Numbered from the stretch's first letter, positions 36,801 through 45,315 are shown. The stretch is 64,000 nucleotides of DNA from Vulcanimicrobiota bacterium (GCA_050250895.1 JBFWNU010000004.1:654934-718933); one strand, 5' to 3'. Notes: a model not told the origin generated them from the sequence alone. Made by a program: numbers and translations.

Positions 36801-38297
36801 GTCGTCATGTTGCCGGTAGCCCTCTTTCCCAAGACCGGCATGGACGCCTACTCGCCTCTGGCCACGGTGGTGGTGGGAGGCCTGGCCTTTTCGACCATTC
36901 TGACCCTGGTGGTCGTGCCGGTCCTTTACAGTCTGGTGGACGACTTCGAGCAGTGGCTCAAGAGCCGTCTCACCAAAGTCGCCACCGTGAGTCTGGTGCT
37001 GTTGCTGACCCTACCGGTGCTGGCCCAGCCCACCCAGGAAGGCAGCGGCCCGGCCGGCTTTCCCATCTACAAGGGTCCACTCACACTGGACCAGGCGCTC
37101 GGGCTAGGCGTCGAACACAGCCTGCCGCTGGCGGTGGCCAAAAAGCGTCTCGACCTGGCCCAGGCCGATGTGCGCCGGGCGGCCTCGGAGGGACGCCTGA
37201 AGATGTCGGCCGGAGGCTACCTGTTGTGGAGCAATCAGGCCACCATGTGGTCGGCCGCGCCCACCGTCATGCCGGGCCTGATGGCTCCGGTGCCAGGCGA
37301 AGACAGCGCCGTCTTGCGGGCCAACCTGATGTTCCCGCTGTTCACCGGCGGCTTGCTCGAGGCCCGCCTCGAAGGAGCCAGCCAGAGCGAGAAAGCGGCC
37401 ATCGCCGAGGTGGCGCAGGCCCTGCAACTGCTGCAGCACCGTTTGCGCATCGCCTATTACGATGTGCTCCTGGCCGAACAGCAGGTCAGCCTGGCTGACT
37501 GGCGCGTGCGCGAGCAAGAGGAGGCCTTGCGGGTCTTTGAAAAGCAACTAGAAGCGGGGCGGGTGGCTCCTTTCGTGGTCTATCGCGGTCGAGCCGAGCT
37601 GGCCGATGCTCAGCAGCAAGCCAACAACGCTCGCTCGCTCCTCACCACGGCTCGGGCCGGCCTGGCCACCACCATGGGAGTGTCGGTGTCGTCGCGCTTT
37701 CAGCTGGCCGATTTTGACAGCCCCGAAGCTCGGCCCACCGACCTGGCTGGCGACATCGAACTGGCCCTTTCTGACCGGCCCGAGCTGGTAGCCGCCCGCC
37801 ACGGGGTGGCCGCTCAACTCGAGCGGGTGAAAGCCGTCGAGGCCGAGTCTGCGCCTCAAGTCTATCTAGGAGCGCAATATCAGGGAATGGCTTCGCGTGG
37901 GCAGAACTATGATGGCGGATTCTCGGCCGGCCTCAGCCTCGCTCTGCCCATCTTTGACGGAGGCGAACGCCGGGCCCGTCGCGACGCCGCCCAGGCCCTG
38001 GCCGATGTGCGCGAGCTAGACTTGCGCCAGGCCGAACTCGAGGTCACGCGGGCCGTGACCGTGGCTCGCAGCCGTTGGGAGACCGCCGTGACCAACCTTC
38101 GACTGGCTCGCCGCGAGGTCGAGCAGGCCGAAGAAGATCTGCGCATCGCACGCTTGCGCAATCAGGTGGGACGCTCGGTCTATCTCGAAATCCTCGACGC
38201 TCTGGCGGCCACCTCGCGGGCTCGCCTGAACTTGTTGCGGGCTCGCCATCAGGCGGGTAGCGCCTATTCCGAGTTACTCCTGGTGACCGGAGGCTAG
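33864..38297 (+). CDS. Met-rich RND permease fused to a TolC-family outer-membrane factor
   Basis: IGRLVDDSII, RLLPILMT, PLATVVVGGL; then a signal-peptide-like linker and OEP repeats (LMFPLFTGG, LALPIFDGG). Confidence 0.9.
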   Translation: MKIIRWSVDNPFAVIALYLGLLVAAWMAATQLVPTRMMPYVESPMIGIITQAPGMSAEEVETYISKPLEERMVDISGVRYIRSSSTQGMSIVSLEFHYRYDMKKALADTQNQVTAAQSDLPYDPANLRPPWILPIDPLNLPVLKLALRAPEWDPVALREFADNTLVTRLKNATNVESVYAFGGYKRQAQVVVDRDKLAAYGLSILALKKAIDGANLDRSAGTLTWMEGESIVRLTGRSRGGEGLAETVVGDFGGRPVLLRDVARVEDTFAERRSLYRFNGREAIEVNIIQRPDASSPETIAAVRHELDRIQKEYPNLEFEEAYDNAHFVEIIKHNMFEELAVGVALTGLVIFLFLGDLRGTLIALVTIPTSLAVAILLFAPFGLSLNSSTLIGLLLAIGRLVDDSIIDLHSVARHLEMGKTPRQAAIDGCSEVRRSVIAATVMICLAMLPLTFSGGLTQDMFEGIVWPFLFCLGASLVVALTLTPLLAAHLYRGDSTWKERMGPWFDFLGRLESGYGRVLGWALGHRGLVMAVAGVAVYLALALFPAIGYEMMPLADVGQAYAMMEARPGTSFAETASMAERLEKLLLEQPEIEKVSLRVGFEPGGTYFTGYAMGGVNTVNIMLTFKDKEKRERTIWQVVDAVHAEARRTIPGIRRLSIKEMGSDVMASAMAPVELLIYGPDLERLSWLSEQTKAIMERDYPDIVQPATAWGLDQPELRLEVDQRRAAELGLTPAQVAEQAYYALNGGLTREFFNPPQVRHSTVLIRYRQDQRRGLKDLENVIITAADGRRVPLKSLASISEERAPAVIQRDGLRRVNSVLGYYRMDGPGSMQLTMDVMMDSLMQLPYPPGYGMEQRGDMTQMMDSFYRLLWGMGLALFFIYLSLVIQFHSLTQPLVMMAAIPLEMIGVFAGLFLAGQTFSTVSVLGIIVLNGMDVTASILLVDHILHLRAEGITREEAVRRAGPVRLLPILMTVLITMVVMLPVALFPKTGMDAYSPLATVVVGGLAFSTILTLVVVPVLYSLVDDFEQWLKSRLTKVATVSLVLLLTLPVLAQPTQEGSGPAGFPIYKGPLTLDQALGLGVEHSLPLAVAKKRLDLAQADVRRAASEGRLKMSAGGYLLWSNQATMWSAAPTVMPGLMAPVPGEDSAVLRANLMFPLFTGGLLEARLEGASQSEKAAIAEVAQALQLLQHRLRIAYYDVLLAEQQVSLADWRVREQEEALRVFEKQLEAGRVAPFVVYRGRAELADAQQQANNARSLLTTARAGLATTMGVSVSSRFQLADFDSPEARPTDLAGDIELALSDRPELVAARHGVAAQLERVKAVEAESAPQVYLGAQYQGMASRGQNYDGGFSAGLSLALPIFDGGERRARRDAAQALADVRELDLRQAELEVTRAVTVARSRWETAVTNLRLARREVEQAEEDLRIARLRNQVGRSVYLEILDALAATSRARLNLLRARHQAGSAYSELLLVTGG

Positions 38298-38314
38298 GTC
38301 CACCTCCAAGGCCT

Positions 38315-38884
38315 CTAGAAGAGGCTTTTCACCACGAGCGGTAGCTCAGGTGCGAACAAAGGCGCGACCTGAGACTCGGGCAAGTAGGTCGTGCACGAGC
38401 CAAATCCGAAGCCGAAAGGTTGGTCCGGGTCAGGAATGGGATCCCGATAGACTTCAAGTCGAGAAGACACGACATTGATAATCCAGTAGTCCCTGACGCC
38501 GGCCCGTGCATAAAGGCTGGCCTTCTCTGAGCGATCATAAGCCAGAGTCGAGTCGGCCACCTCTACGATAAGGTCGGCCGAGGTGGGGTGAGGGATCTCC
38601 CCCTCGACGACCGGTGTCAACGCCAGGTCCGGCTCGGGCTGGGAATAGTCAGGAATGTTGAAGGGAAGCTGGACCCGCACATCGTGGCTATCGCCGTAGA
38701 GGCGAATAAATACCTTGGTGCTACGCGTCACCGCACTCGCATGAGGGGTCAGCATCGGAGGCATCGCGATGATCTCTCCTTCGATCAGCTCGACGCGGGA
38801 ATCTTCGGTGAAAACTCCCAGCTCCAACAGTCGCTCGAACGACTCGATGGTCCACCGATGCGTTGTCGCATTGGCCAAGCTCAT
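38315..38884 (-). CDS. Uma2-family endonuclease
   Basis: RVELIEGEI, QPEPDL, LIVEVADSTLAYDR..K..LYARAGVRDYWIIN. Confidence 0.9.
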   Translation of the reverse strand: MSLANATTHRWTIESFERLLELGVFTEDSRVELIEGEIIAMPPMLTPHASAVTRSTKVFIRLYGDSHDVRVQLPFNIPDYSQPEPDLALTPVVEGEIPHPTSADLIVEVADSTLAYDRSEKASLYARAGVRDYWIINVVSSRLEVYRDPIPDPDQPFGFGFGSCTTYLPESQVAPLFAPELPLVVKSLF

Positions 38885-39089
38885 TAGCTTTGTGTTCGCT
38901 TTCTAGCCTTGTTTTTCCCCCGGCTTTGGGCCAGTCTGGGGGGCAGAAGTTGCGGATTCGGCAGAAATTACAAACTCTTTACATGTCGGCAAACTTGTTT
39001 ACCTTTCTTTTACTTCTCCATCGCCATCAAAGTCGTCACTCGTGCTACTCTAGTGAAGCGACGGGACACCAATTAGGAGAAAATTGAAT

Positions 39090-39293
39090 ATGGCTATTGG
39101 AATTAATGGTATTGGTGGAGTCGGCGCATCCGGTGGCGTCACCGGCGGACAGAACCCGATCCAGCGTTTGCTGCAGGCCCTTCGTTCGGGCCAGGGTGGC
39201 GGCGGCTGCAGCTGTGGCTGTGGCGGCGGAGCCGGCGGCGCGTGTCAATGCGGCGGCAACTGTGCCGCCCGCGCCCAGGGCATTCTGGGCTAA
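39090..39293 (+). CDS. small Gly/Cys-rich metallothionein-like peptide
   Basis: SD AGGAG; CSCGC...CQCGGNC (6 Cys in 67 aa). Confidence 0.65.
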   Translation: MAIGINGIGGVGASGGVTGGQNPIQRLLQALRSGQGGGGCSCGCGGGAGGACQCGGNCAARAQGILG

Positions 39294-39374
39294 TCCTCCA
39301 TTCGCGTAGACCTGAAGGTCGAGCATTTGCGTGCTCGGCCTTTCTGACGTTTCTCATCGAAAGGAGACGATGCC

Positions 39375-40304
39375 ATGAAGAATCCCACCGCCGCCCTCCA
39401 ACAAGCCTTCGGAGAAGCTTCCGAACCCACCACCATCAGAGAACTCTTCGAAGCCCTCGGGGCCTGGTCAGACGGCCAGCTTCAGACGGAAGCCGTCATC
39501 GGTGGTATCGAGGCCATGCTTGCCAAACTAGAGCAGGCGGCCCAGGCCACCCGCGATGACCTGCTCCGGCAGAGTCACCTGGAAGCGGGTCTGAAAATCC
39601 CCATAGAGCATTCCTTGACCGCCTACGAAGATTTGCATGCGGTCCTGGTTGAACTCGAACAAGGCATCAAAGAAGGTCACACGGACCAGGTCGAGTCCGC
39701 CTTCGAGGGCTTGAGCGCGGCCGCAGAGGACCTCGCCGAAGCCCAGCAACAGATGGAAGAGTGGTTGGCCGACCCATCGGCTCGCTGTCTTCGCTGTGGC
39801 GAGAGCCTGGCTGACCCGTGTCCTAATTGTGGCCTGGAACTGCTGCGGCCGGATCGCCACTCGGCCTTTGGAGATGCCTTCGAGACTTCGATTCTACCGG
39901 CCGAATTCTCCGAGGTCGCGGCCCGCCTACAGCAAGTGCTCTCGGGCCAGCGAACCTTGAGCACCCTCTGGCCCTCTTTGACCCACCTGCAGAGCCTGCT
40001 GTGCAATTATCAGGCGGCCGCCCAGGCGGCTTCGCGCGAGCACGACTCGCCCACCCTCATCGATTTTGTCCTGGCTATCGACGAAGCCCTGGCTGGGATC
40101 GAGCTGATGAATCGGTGCGTCCAGACCAGAGCCACCGCCGATCTGCGAGCGGGATGGCGAACCACCTTCGAGGCCGGAAAGCGTGTGACCGACGGTCGAC
40201 GCGAGCTGCTCGGGGAATTCGCAAGCCCGGACGAAGCTCTCGATTCAGTCCCCAGCCCGACGTTCGACAGCGTCTTTCTGAGCGACTCGAGTAAAGGTTT
40301 TTGA
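39375..40304 (+). CDS. helical protein with central zinc ribbon
   Basis: SD AAGGAG; CLRCG...CPNCG. Confidence 0.75.
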   Translation: MKNPTAALQQAFGEASEPTTIRELFEALGAWSDGQLQTEAVIGGIEAMLAKLEQAAQATRDDLLRQSHLEAGLKIPIEHSLTAYEDLHAVLVELEQGIKEGHTDQVESAFEGLSAAAEDLAEAQQQMEEWLADPSARCLRCGESLADPCPNCGLELLRPDRHSAFGDAFETSILPAEFSEVAARLQQVLSGQRTLSTLWPSLTHLQSLLCNYQAAAQAASREHDSPTLIDFVLAIDEALAGIELMNRCVQTRATADLRAGWRTTFEAGKRVTDGRRELLGEFASPDEALDSVPSPTFDSVFLSDSSKGF

Positions 40305-40687
40305 TGACCCGTCAAGAAGTCAACAGAGCAGTGATCGCTTCCACCCGCAAAAGAATCGCCTATCTTCTTTTGTTCTGCCTCACCGCTTTCGGAGTCTTCG
40401 CGATTCACACCACCAGCGGTCATTTCTTCTGCTGCGGCAAGGTCGTGTGCGACGACTGCGGGCCCACTTGCCTGCTCGAGTGTCAAGCCGCCAAGCCCCT
40501 GCCTGCCGCCATGCAAGACAGCCTGCCGAGCGAAACAACGGTGGCCGTCCCCATTCGGTTGGAGTGGGCCTACCTCTTTTCGCAGATTCAGCCCCACCCG
40601 CCCTCTCCCGAGGCCGAGCCAGAACTCGCCCAGGAGTATACCTTGGCGCGTTGTGGCTTAGGCGATCTTCCCCCTCCCGCGCTCTAG
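40304..40687 (+). CDS. second Cys-rich leader-like peptide
   Basis: TM segment, HFFCCGKVVCDDCGPTCLLEC, ends DLPPPAL. Confidence 0.6.
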   Translation: MTRQEVNRAVIASTRKRIAYLLLFCLTAFGVFAIHTTSGHFFCCGKVVCDDCGPTCLLECQAAKPLPAAMQDSLPSETTVAVPIRLEWAYLFSQIQPHPPSPEAEPELAQEYTLARCGLGDLPPPAL

Positions 40688-40864
40688 ACGGCTTGAGCTA
40701 ACCTGCCGTTTCCTCGGTATGAAAGCTTCATACCCGCTGGATTCGTTTGGCTCAAACAGAGAATTGGCCCCCGTCTGGAGTTGCCCGTCGCAAGGCTCAC
40801 AGTCGGGGGCCTCTCCAGAATTTCTAGAAGAAGCGCCCCCCGCCCCCTTTTAACCTTTCATTTT

Positions 40865-40979
40865 GTCAGGAGGTTACAGCCATCTCCTCCTGGCAGCCGC
40901 CGCAAGGCGGAGGTGTCGGAGGCTTTCCCTTTCGTGCGTTTCCGACACCGGCCGGACCCTCTCGAGGGTCCGGTTTTTT
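40865..40979 (+). ncRNA. candidate small RNA (three hairpins plus intrinsic terminator)
   Basis: -10 TAACCT at 40851; stems 40865-40894, 40897-40910 (GCAA tetraloop) and 40912-40949; terminator 40951-40979. Confidence 0.55.
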
Positions 40980-41014
40980 ACCTCCTGCCTGAGGACTCAC
41001 TCCCGCCGCCCCCA

Positions 41015-41103
41015 AGTAACTCCTGAGCACGGTCAGAAGGACGCTCTAGACATCTTAGCTGTCGCGTTCACGCCAGGGGGTTCGAATCCCCCAGTTCCCA
41101 CCA
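41015..41103 (+). pseudogene. tRNA relic: intact type-II (Tyr-like) 3' half, degenerate or missing 5' half
   Basis: Variable arm GCG-TTCA-CGC, T arm GGGGG-TTCGAAT-CCCCC, acceptor 3' strand AGTTCCC-A-CCA; no canonical anticodon loop. Confidence 0.6.
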
Positions 41104-42228
41104 ATTGCAGCCGTTGTCTAATGGTAGGACGCCGGTCTGCCAGGCCGGAGGTCCGGGTTCAAATCCCGGTGGCTGCTTCTGTTGGACCTTCGACAGGCCG
41201 TCCTGCCCCAAGGCAGCGGTGGCCCTTCGCTCCGAGTCGCACAGGGCTAGCCATTCCCGGGACGCCACCGGACAAGGGAATGAAAGCCACAGCGGTAGCG
41301 GAGCTAAGTCCAACGATGGACCCAGGCAGGTCAGCAGGCCGTCGGTGACCTCTTCTAATTCTTGCAGTTCCCGCCCGAGCACCCCCGTTCGAGACAGGTT
41401 CAGCTGCAGGCCGGAACAGACGAGCAAAAGCCGGAAATTCCAACGACGGTAGCGCTCTAGAAGCTCCCATCCGTCCAGAGGATAGGACACACCGTCGACC
41501 ACAATCAGGCCTCGCGATTGATACCGGTCGATGAAGGCGGCATCGCGTTGGGAGCAGACCTGATTGCCCACCGTCAGCACCAGACTAAAGCTGTGGCATC
41601 CAACCTCGACCTGACTCGATCCCAGGTGGGTCGGCCAGCCTGTGAACACTGCTCGTCCGACCGAAGGAAACGGCCCGCGCGTTCCGAGCCAGACCCTGTA
41701 GGCAGCACAGCGCCCCAAATCCATCGGCGGATTGATCACCTCTCCGTTGATCGTGATGGGGACCTCCGCCGGAGCATAGCGACACCGTTCTCGCACCCGC
41801 GCGACCTCGCCCCAGCCAAAGCCGAGCCGGCGCGCCAACACCAGCCGGCAGGTCGACCCTGGCTCCGGTAGCTCAGACCCCAGGGCAAGGTCCTCGCCCA
41901 CCCGCACGCCGTCAAGCTCGGCAAGCAGCCCCTGTTTAAGCGCGTGGAGAATCCCGATGCCCAGCTCAGACGAGAGCAAGCCGTCATGGTAGAGAGGTTG
42001 GGCGCCCTGCCACTCCAGGGTCAGTAGGCGCAGCGAAGCCTCCAGCTGAAGACGCGTCGCCCCCGCCTTGAGAACGGCCGAAATCAAGAGCAGAATATAC
42101 TCGAATCGATCGACTAACTGATGCTCGAGAAGCTTGCCCCACCCCGCCCGAGCCGACAGGGTAATCCGTCCTCGGCCAACCGACCGCCCGGCCGAGGAGA
42201 GCTCCTGGAGGAACGCATCAAGTTGCAT
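41068..42228 (-). CDS. degenerate GHKL/HSP90-like N-domain family protein (C-terminus reads antisense through the tRNAs)
   Basis: LDAFLQEL...G.ITLS...KL..QL....YILLLI.A....GAT; RCRYAP..ITING; paralog of 56793-57947. Confidence 0.6.
   Translation of the reverse strand: MQLDAFLQELSSAGRSVGRGRITLSARAGWGKLLEHQLVDRFEYILLLISAVLKAGATRLQLEASLRLLTLEWQGAQPLYHDGLLSSELGIGILHALKQGLLAELDGVRVGEDLALGSELPEPGSTCRLVLARRLGFGWGEVARVRERCRYAPAEVPITINGEVINPPMDLGRCAAYRVWLGTRGPFPSVGRAVFTGWPTHLGSSQVEVGCHSFSLVLTVGNQVCSQRDAAFIDRYQSRGLIVVDGVSYPLDGWELLERYRRWNFRLLLVCSGLQLNLSRTGVLGRELQELEEVTDGLLTCLGPSLDLAPLPLWLSFPCPVASREWLALCDSERRATAALGQDGLSKVQQKQPPGFEPGPPAWQTGVLPLDNGCNWWELGDSNPLA
41107..41177 (+). tRNA. tRNA-Gly(GCC)
   Basis: Acceptor GCAGCCG/TGGCTGC, U73, D arm GTCT..GGAC, anticodon loop CT-GCC-AG, T arm CCGGG-TTCAAAT-CCCGG; CCA not encoded. 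Confidence 0.85.
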
Positions 42229-42423
42229 ACATCCCTGGTCGCCGGCCTCCCTTGACTCTTCCCTGCCCCGGTCTCCCAGCCACTCCTGGACTACTTTGCA
42301 GAGCCAGCCCGGCCACCGGTGCATCTAACCCCCATCTACCCAGCCCGACCTAAAATCAGGTCATGGAAGGTTACCCCTGCCTCGGGATCTCGAACAAAGA
42401 AAGGCCCAAGAGCGGTTAAGCAA

Positions 42424-43395
42424 ATGAAGCTAAACTCTATCAGTAAGCGAGAAGCTGTTCAACGTCTCAAGGCCTGGCAGGCGCGTCTGCTGGATACAGA
42501 GCAGACTGCCGCGGCGTCGGCCGTCTACCAGGCCCGCCACCGCCTGGAGGAAGCTGAGGGCGAAACGCTCTTAGAGACCTATTCGCGGGCACGGAACAGG
42601 ACCAACGACTGCCAGAAGGTCCACGAAGCCGTCATGAAAGAGAGACGGGACACCGGTCCGGCGCTGCTGGTTGGCGCGGGCTCGCTGGCACTGGGCATCT
42701 CTTCCTATCTAAGTACGGCCAGCCTGAACTTTGCCGCGATATGCACGCTGACATCGGCCTCCCTGGTGCCGATCTGGGGAGCCTGCCGGGGCGTCTTCGA
42801 GGTGCTTGCCGGCAAAGACTATACCGGGGTCCTGGCGGCTGGGTGCACGGCCGGCCTGGCCACCATGGCCGTAGCCGGCGTGTCACCTTCAGGTTGGCAA
42901 CTGAGCCTGGCGGCTGCCGCCATCACCACCGGTGGGCTTTTCGCCACGGCCTTCGGGGCGCAAAAGATGGCCGACCACTATGGCCAGATCAAAATGGCCG
43001 TAGAAGAGAACCTCGAGGTCTTCAACCGGCCGCCCCAGGCTGGTCCGAGCCTGAGCGCCAGGTGTAGCCGTCAAATGGTGTTGGAGACACTCGACAAGCT
43101 GACCGATCGGGCCCTCGAAGCCTCTCAATCCGACCAGGCCAGGCAACTCCAGCAGGAGCGGAGGGTCCTTGACGGGCTCGAGGGGAGCAACTTTCTGGAA
43201 ATGTTCGAGGACAGCCAGGCCCGGCAGCCAGGAGCGCGGGTCGTCCTCCAAAAGCATGCGAGAGTCGTTCTCCAGGTCGTTCGCGACCGCGACCAGATCG
43301 AGACCATGGCCAGAGGGTCTGCGGTCATGGGCCAATTGGTGGTCCGGGACGAATGGGTGGACGTAGGCGGCCAAGGCGTGCCGGTGCGCGACTAA
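42424..43395 (+). CDS. multi-TM hypothetical protein with the shared C-terminal motif
   Basis: Central Gly/Ala-rich hydrophobic helices; ends LVVRDEWVDVGGQGVPVRD; start uncertain. Confidence 0.7.
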   Translation: MKLNSISKREAVQRLKAWQARLLDTEQTAAASAVYQARHRLEEAEGETLLETYSRARNRTNDCQKVHEAVMKERRDTGPALLVGAGSLALGISSYLSTASLNFAAICTLTSASLVPIWGACRGVFEVLAGKDYTGVLAAGCTAGLATMAVAGVSPSGWQLSLAAAAITTGGLFATAFGAQKMADHYGQIKMAVEENLEVFNRPPQAGPSLSARCSRQMVLETLDKLTDRALEASQSDQARQLQQERRVLDGLEGSNFLEMFEDSQARQPGARVVLQKHARVVLQVVRDRDQIETMARGSAVMGQLVVRDEWVDVGGQGVPVRD

Positions 43396-43419
43396 GGGCC
43401 TGTCAGGGATTAACAGGCT

Positions 43420-44142
43420 CTAGCGAGGATGACCACCTGGCTGGGAGGAGCGGGCTGCTTTGAGCAACGGTGGCCCGAAGCGCGACACCGGGTTGGCAAG
43501 TCCCACCAAATGCCCGTCTTCGCTACCGCCTCCATAGTTGATGCCCACCAACTGTCCGGAACTGTTGAGGATGGGAGCGCCGCTGGTGGCGCGCAACTCC
43601 AGGCCGGAGTTCTTGTAGACGAACACGAGCATCCCTTCGTGCAGGCCCTGGTAAGTGGCCGGATGGAGTAGCTGTTCTTCGGGGGCCCCTCCCACGACCT
43701 GGGCGGCTAACCACACCGGGTCTCCTTTGCGGGGCATCGCCCCCAGCCTCAACGGCTTCAACTTGACTTTGTCCGGACACCAGAAAGCGGCGATGTCTCC
43801 GGCCTGGGCGGGAAGCGACAACGCTGTGCCAGCGCTGCCCGCGAGGGCGCGACCGGGCCCGATGGGCTGGAGGTTGTAGCCGTGGACAGTTTTGGCGAGT
43901 TGACCGGGGGCGATGTCCTGCGCGAGCCCGCCCGCCGGGCCAAACAGGTGGAGGGCTGTCAGGATGACCGGTCGGGAAACGCCTTCCAGCTGAACACAGC
44001 TGGCTGTGCCGGCTTCGACGCGTCCCAGGGACGTATCGAAGGTGGGACGATAGAGGATCGCCTCGACGCTTTTCGAGGGGGGCGCCGCCACCGAGGCTCC
44101 CAAAACTCCAACCAGGCAAAGGCAAAGAAGGCGAACTCTCAT
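43420..44142 (-). CDS. secreted trypsin-like serine protease
   Basis: Signal peptide; LTALH, GDIA, ATSGAPILN..G.LVGI. Confidence 0.8.
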   Translation of the reverse strand: MRVRLLCLCLVGVLGASVAAPPSKSVEAILYRPTFDTSLGRVEAGTASCVQLEGVSRPVILTALHLFGPAGGLAQDIAPGQLAKTVHGYNLQPIGPGRALAGSAGTALSLPAQAGDIAAFWCPDKVKLKPLRLGAMPRKGDPVWLAAQVVGGAPEEQLLHPATYQGLHEGMLVFVYKNSGLELRATSGAPILNSSGQLVGINYGGGSEDGHLVGLANPVSRFGPPLLKAARSSQPGGHPR

Positions 44143-44187
44143 GGCCAGGAGCTTCGTCGACCGGCACGCGCCCCCTCTATGCCGCTA

Positions 44188-45297
44188 TCAGCCCCTCTTA
44201 AAGATCAGCCGAACCTCGGTGCCCTGACCAGGCTCGCTAACAAGCTCTAGAGCAGAGTGCTGACTTCGGGCCAGGGCTCGCGCCAGGGGCAGACCGAGAC
44301 CGACCCCGCCCGAGAAACGGTCGCGGCTCGATTCCAGACGATAGAACTGCTCGAAAATCCTCTCCTGATGGCGTTTGTCGATACCGCGCCCTCGGTCTTT
44401 GACAGACACGATGACCTCCTCGGCCGAGCCGTACACGCGCACCTGTATCTCGTCGGTATTGGCATAGAGCACACCGTTGCGCATCAGGTCGTGCAAGATC
44501 CTGGCCGTCAGCCTTCGGTTGATTCGCGCTAGAAGCGAAGGACTGTCGCAAGAGAAAACCACCCTGGTCGTAACCTGAGAGCTGAAATCCTCCACCTGCG
44601 CGCGCACGAACTCACCGAGTTCGACCTCTTCGAGGGAGGGCTTTTCTACCCCGGTCTCGGCTCGCAAAAACAGCATCAAGTCGGCCACCATCTTCGACAG
44701 CCCCGAAGCGGCCTGCTGGATCTCGGTAATGACTTCGTCACGAACCTCTTGGGGCAGCTCGGCGCGCAAGAGGTCGAGGTCGGTGACGATGACCGTGAGG
44801 GGATTGCGCAGCTCGTGAGAAAGACCCAGCAAGGTACGCTGGACCATGGCCTCGATCTCCTGACTCGAGCCGTCCGGGTCGGGAGCAAGACGCTGGCCCA
44901 ACACCTCCAGGTGTCGCCACTCGAGAAAATTGCGAAGCAGGTTGGCCACGCTACGGAGCAGTCGCTGCTCCTCCACCAGAAAGACCTCGTCGGACCTAGC
45001 CTCGAACCCCAGGGCAGTGTCGCTGACCACGACCCGACCAACCTCGTCGCCCGAGAGTTCCAGCCTCTCGACCAGCGCCGGCGCGTCGGGATGATAGTTC
45101 GAGCTGCGATACTCCCGACCCAGGTATTCGATACATGCCCCGGCAGACTGCGGCCGTTGCCATCCAGGAGGCAAGGCCTCGACGACCTGCTGGAGCACCG
45201 TCTCGAGCGACTGCGACGGTTCGAGGGTGTATCGCTGCACCTCGTAAAGGCAGCCTAGCTCCTTCTCGCGCTCGCGGAGCGAATCCAACTCTTCCAC
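44188..45297 (-). CDS. sensor histidine kinase with GAF-like N-domain
   Basis: LREREKELGCLY; SHELRNPL, LMRNG, DRGRGI, IFEQFYR, GVGLGL. Confidence 0.9.
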   Translation of the reverse strand: MEELDSLREREKELGCLYEVQRYTLEPSQSLETVLQQVVEALPPGWQRPQSAGACIEYLGREYRSSNYHPDAPALVERLELSGDEVGRVVVSDTALGFEARSDEVFLVEEQRLLRSVANLLRNFLEWRHLEVLGQRLAPDPDGSSQEIEAMVQRTLLGLSHELRNPLTVIVTDLDLLRAELPQEVRDEVITEIQQAASGLSKMVADLMLFLRAETGVEKPSLEEVELGEFVRAQVEDFSSQVTTRVVFSCDSPSLLARINRRLTARILHDLMRNGVLYANTDEIQVRVYGSAEEVIVSVKDRGRGIDKRHQERIFEQFYRLESSRDRFSGGVGLGLPLARALARSQHSALELVSEPGQGTEVRLIFKRG

Positions 45298-45315
45298 CTG
45301 ATGGAGTTTGTCCAG

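Noticed and set aside
30670-38884. Uma2 genes as boundaries of a mobile metal-resistance island
   Set aside because: The two genes are divergent paralogs common in such genomes, and I saw no terminal repeats, integrase or clear compositional shift.
40690-41103. tmRNA or group I intron-split tRNA
   Set aside because: The acceptor strand lacks the G3-U70 alanine identity, and no matching 5' end or intron core was found upstream.
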